A stretch of DNA of 26,112 bases from an uncultured Pseudomonadota bacterium. GTDB lineage: Bacteria > Babelota > Babeliae > Babelales > RVW-14. Below the pieces are notes generated by a model that was given only the letters and a program-made list of their open reading frames with translations, did not search any database and had not been told where the DNA came from. Location: positions 9,375 through 35,486 of the forward strand of contig CAYSDC010000002.1 of the NCBI GenBank assembly GCA_964429765.1. Direction: 5' to 3'. The first letter of the stretch is position 1. The number at the start of each line of letters is the position of its first letter. Below, in pieces: positions 25,171 to 26,112 of this stretch. The position numbers were made by a program, and so were the translations under genes.

Positions 25171-25800
25171 TTAGATAGAAATAGGGCTATCGGGGTGTTC
25201 AATCGCTTGAAATGTTCCAAAAAAGAGTGAACGATTGTGTTCTTCACTCATCTCTTTCCATCTCGTTTTATAAAACGTTGACCAAAAATAATCATCTTGG
25301 ATAGGGGTAAACTTTTTTGAAATAAGAATATTTTTGAGCATGAAATCCCAAAGTTCCGGGACATCAGTCGCAACATACAAGCGGCCATTGTGCTTGAGTT
25401 TTGTGTAAGCTAAGGTCAAGAAATCTTGATTAAGAACTCGTCGTTTATGATGAGTTCTTTTGGGCCATGGGTCTGGATGAAAGACAAAGAGGCGATCAAT
25501 GCTTTTATCTTCGAACATATCGTGAAGTCCAAATGTACCGTTCCCCCATACTAAAAAGACATTTTCAAGTTTTTGAGCAGTGATTCTTTCTTGCGCCCAA
25601 TCAACTAACTTTTTTCGTATTTCAAACCCAACTAAAGCATGAGTTGGGTTTGCGGTTGCATACTGGTCCAAAAAGCTACCGGTGCCAAAACCAATTTCAA
25701 CATCAAGAGTACCGGTGAAGTTGGGAAAAATTTCTGTCCATTTTTGTTTTGAAAATCTTTGAGGGCAGCTTAGTGGATTTAATAATGTTCTGACGCGCAT
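25171..25800 (-). CDS. trmB: tRNA (guanine-N7)-methyltransferase
   Basis: SAM motif VEIGFGTG, GFEIR, FHPDPWPKRTHHKRRVL, LYVATD. Confidence 0.93.
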   Translation of the reverse strand: MRVRTLLNPLSCPQRFSKQKWTEIFPNFTGTLDVEIGFGTGSFLDQYATANPTHALVGFEIRKKLVDWAQERITAQKLENVFLVWGNGTFGLHDMFEDKSIDRLFVFHPDPWPKRTHHKRRVLNQDFLTLAYTKLKHNGRLYVATDVPELWDFMLKNILISKKFTPIQDDYFWSTFYKTRWKEMSEEHNRSLFFGTFQAIEHPDSPISI

Positions 25801-25943
25801 AGCTTTGTTTATTTCCTACTACTTGGTATGTTTGTATAGGTTTTATAAAAATTTACGACTATAGTATACCTAATAATTTTATACTCATCGACAATAATAG
25901 AACAAACAATAGGGTCAAAATTTTTTATAAAAAGGGTTTATTA

Positions 25944-26112
25944 ATGAACATAATAAAACGTAGTTTGTTAGGAATAGTAATGTGTATGGGAATATTCGGA
26001 GCACATGCTTTGACTGTAGGAAGCGCAGCACCAGAATTTTTGTTGCCAGATCAAGATCATAGAATGCGTACATTGGGTGAATTCAAGGGAAAATATATTG
26101 TTCTCTATTTTT
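25944..26112 (+). CDS. Peroxiredoxin (BCP/AhpC-TSA family), 5' partial
   Basis: Hand translation: MNIIKRSLLGIVMCMGIFGAHALTVGSAAPEFLLPDQDHRMRTLGEFKGKYIVLYF. Runs off the window before the catalytic Cys. Confidence 0.8.
   Translation, partial: MNIIKRSLLGIVMCMGIFGAHALTVGSAAPEFLLPDQDHRMRTLGEFKGKYIVLYF

Noticed and set aside
1-26112. IS element, prophage, tRNA or rRNA
   Set aside because: No transposase, integrase or phage structural motifs, no terminal inverted repeats with target duplications, and no cloverleaf or rRNA-like sequence was seen.

Overview
AT-rich bacterial accessory region. The ankyrin protein, the many Sec-signal hypothetical proteins, the HEAT-like giant protein and the scattered gene remnants suggest an amoeba-associated intracellular lineage such as Candidatus Dependentiae/TM6; this taxonomy is inference only. 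Gene order: ankyrin protein, secreted papain-type C1 protease, GNAT, APH-type kinase, a polymorphic toxin locus (3992-7950), AlkD, a YheO-PAS/HTH regulator plus PLP aminotransferase operon with a palindrome-rich upstream region, a second APH kinase, a tightly packed ogt-MNT-HEPN-hypothetical run, NUDIX, two hypotheticals, a flavin amine oxidase, a double SnoaL-like protein, two DUF1796-like paralogs, a 1465-aa helical-repeat protein, trmB and the 5' end of a peroxiredoxin. The standout is the toxin locus. It has a Sec-signal 846-aa protein with a C-terminal HAxxRM (DUF4258/BECR-like) nuclease tip and two divergent paralogous immunity-like genes. These are followed by two ~90%-identical frameshifted copies of the pre-tip junction (MVELAxxGKIALExGAE), each leading into a different sequence, and then two unannotated paralogous 42-45 aa membrane microproteins and a terminator. 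This layout resembles the orphan-module, tip-swapping architecture of CDI/Rhs/MafB systems, but on a scaffold I do not recognise. No rRNA, tRNA, CRISPR array, transposase or phage gene was seen.
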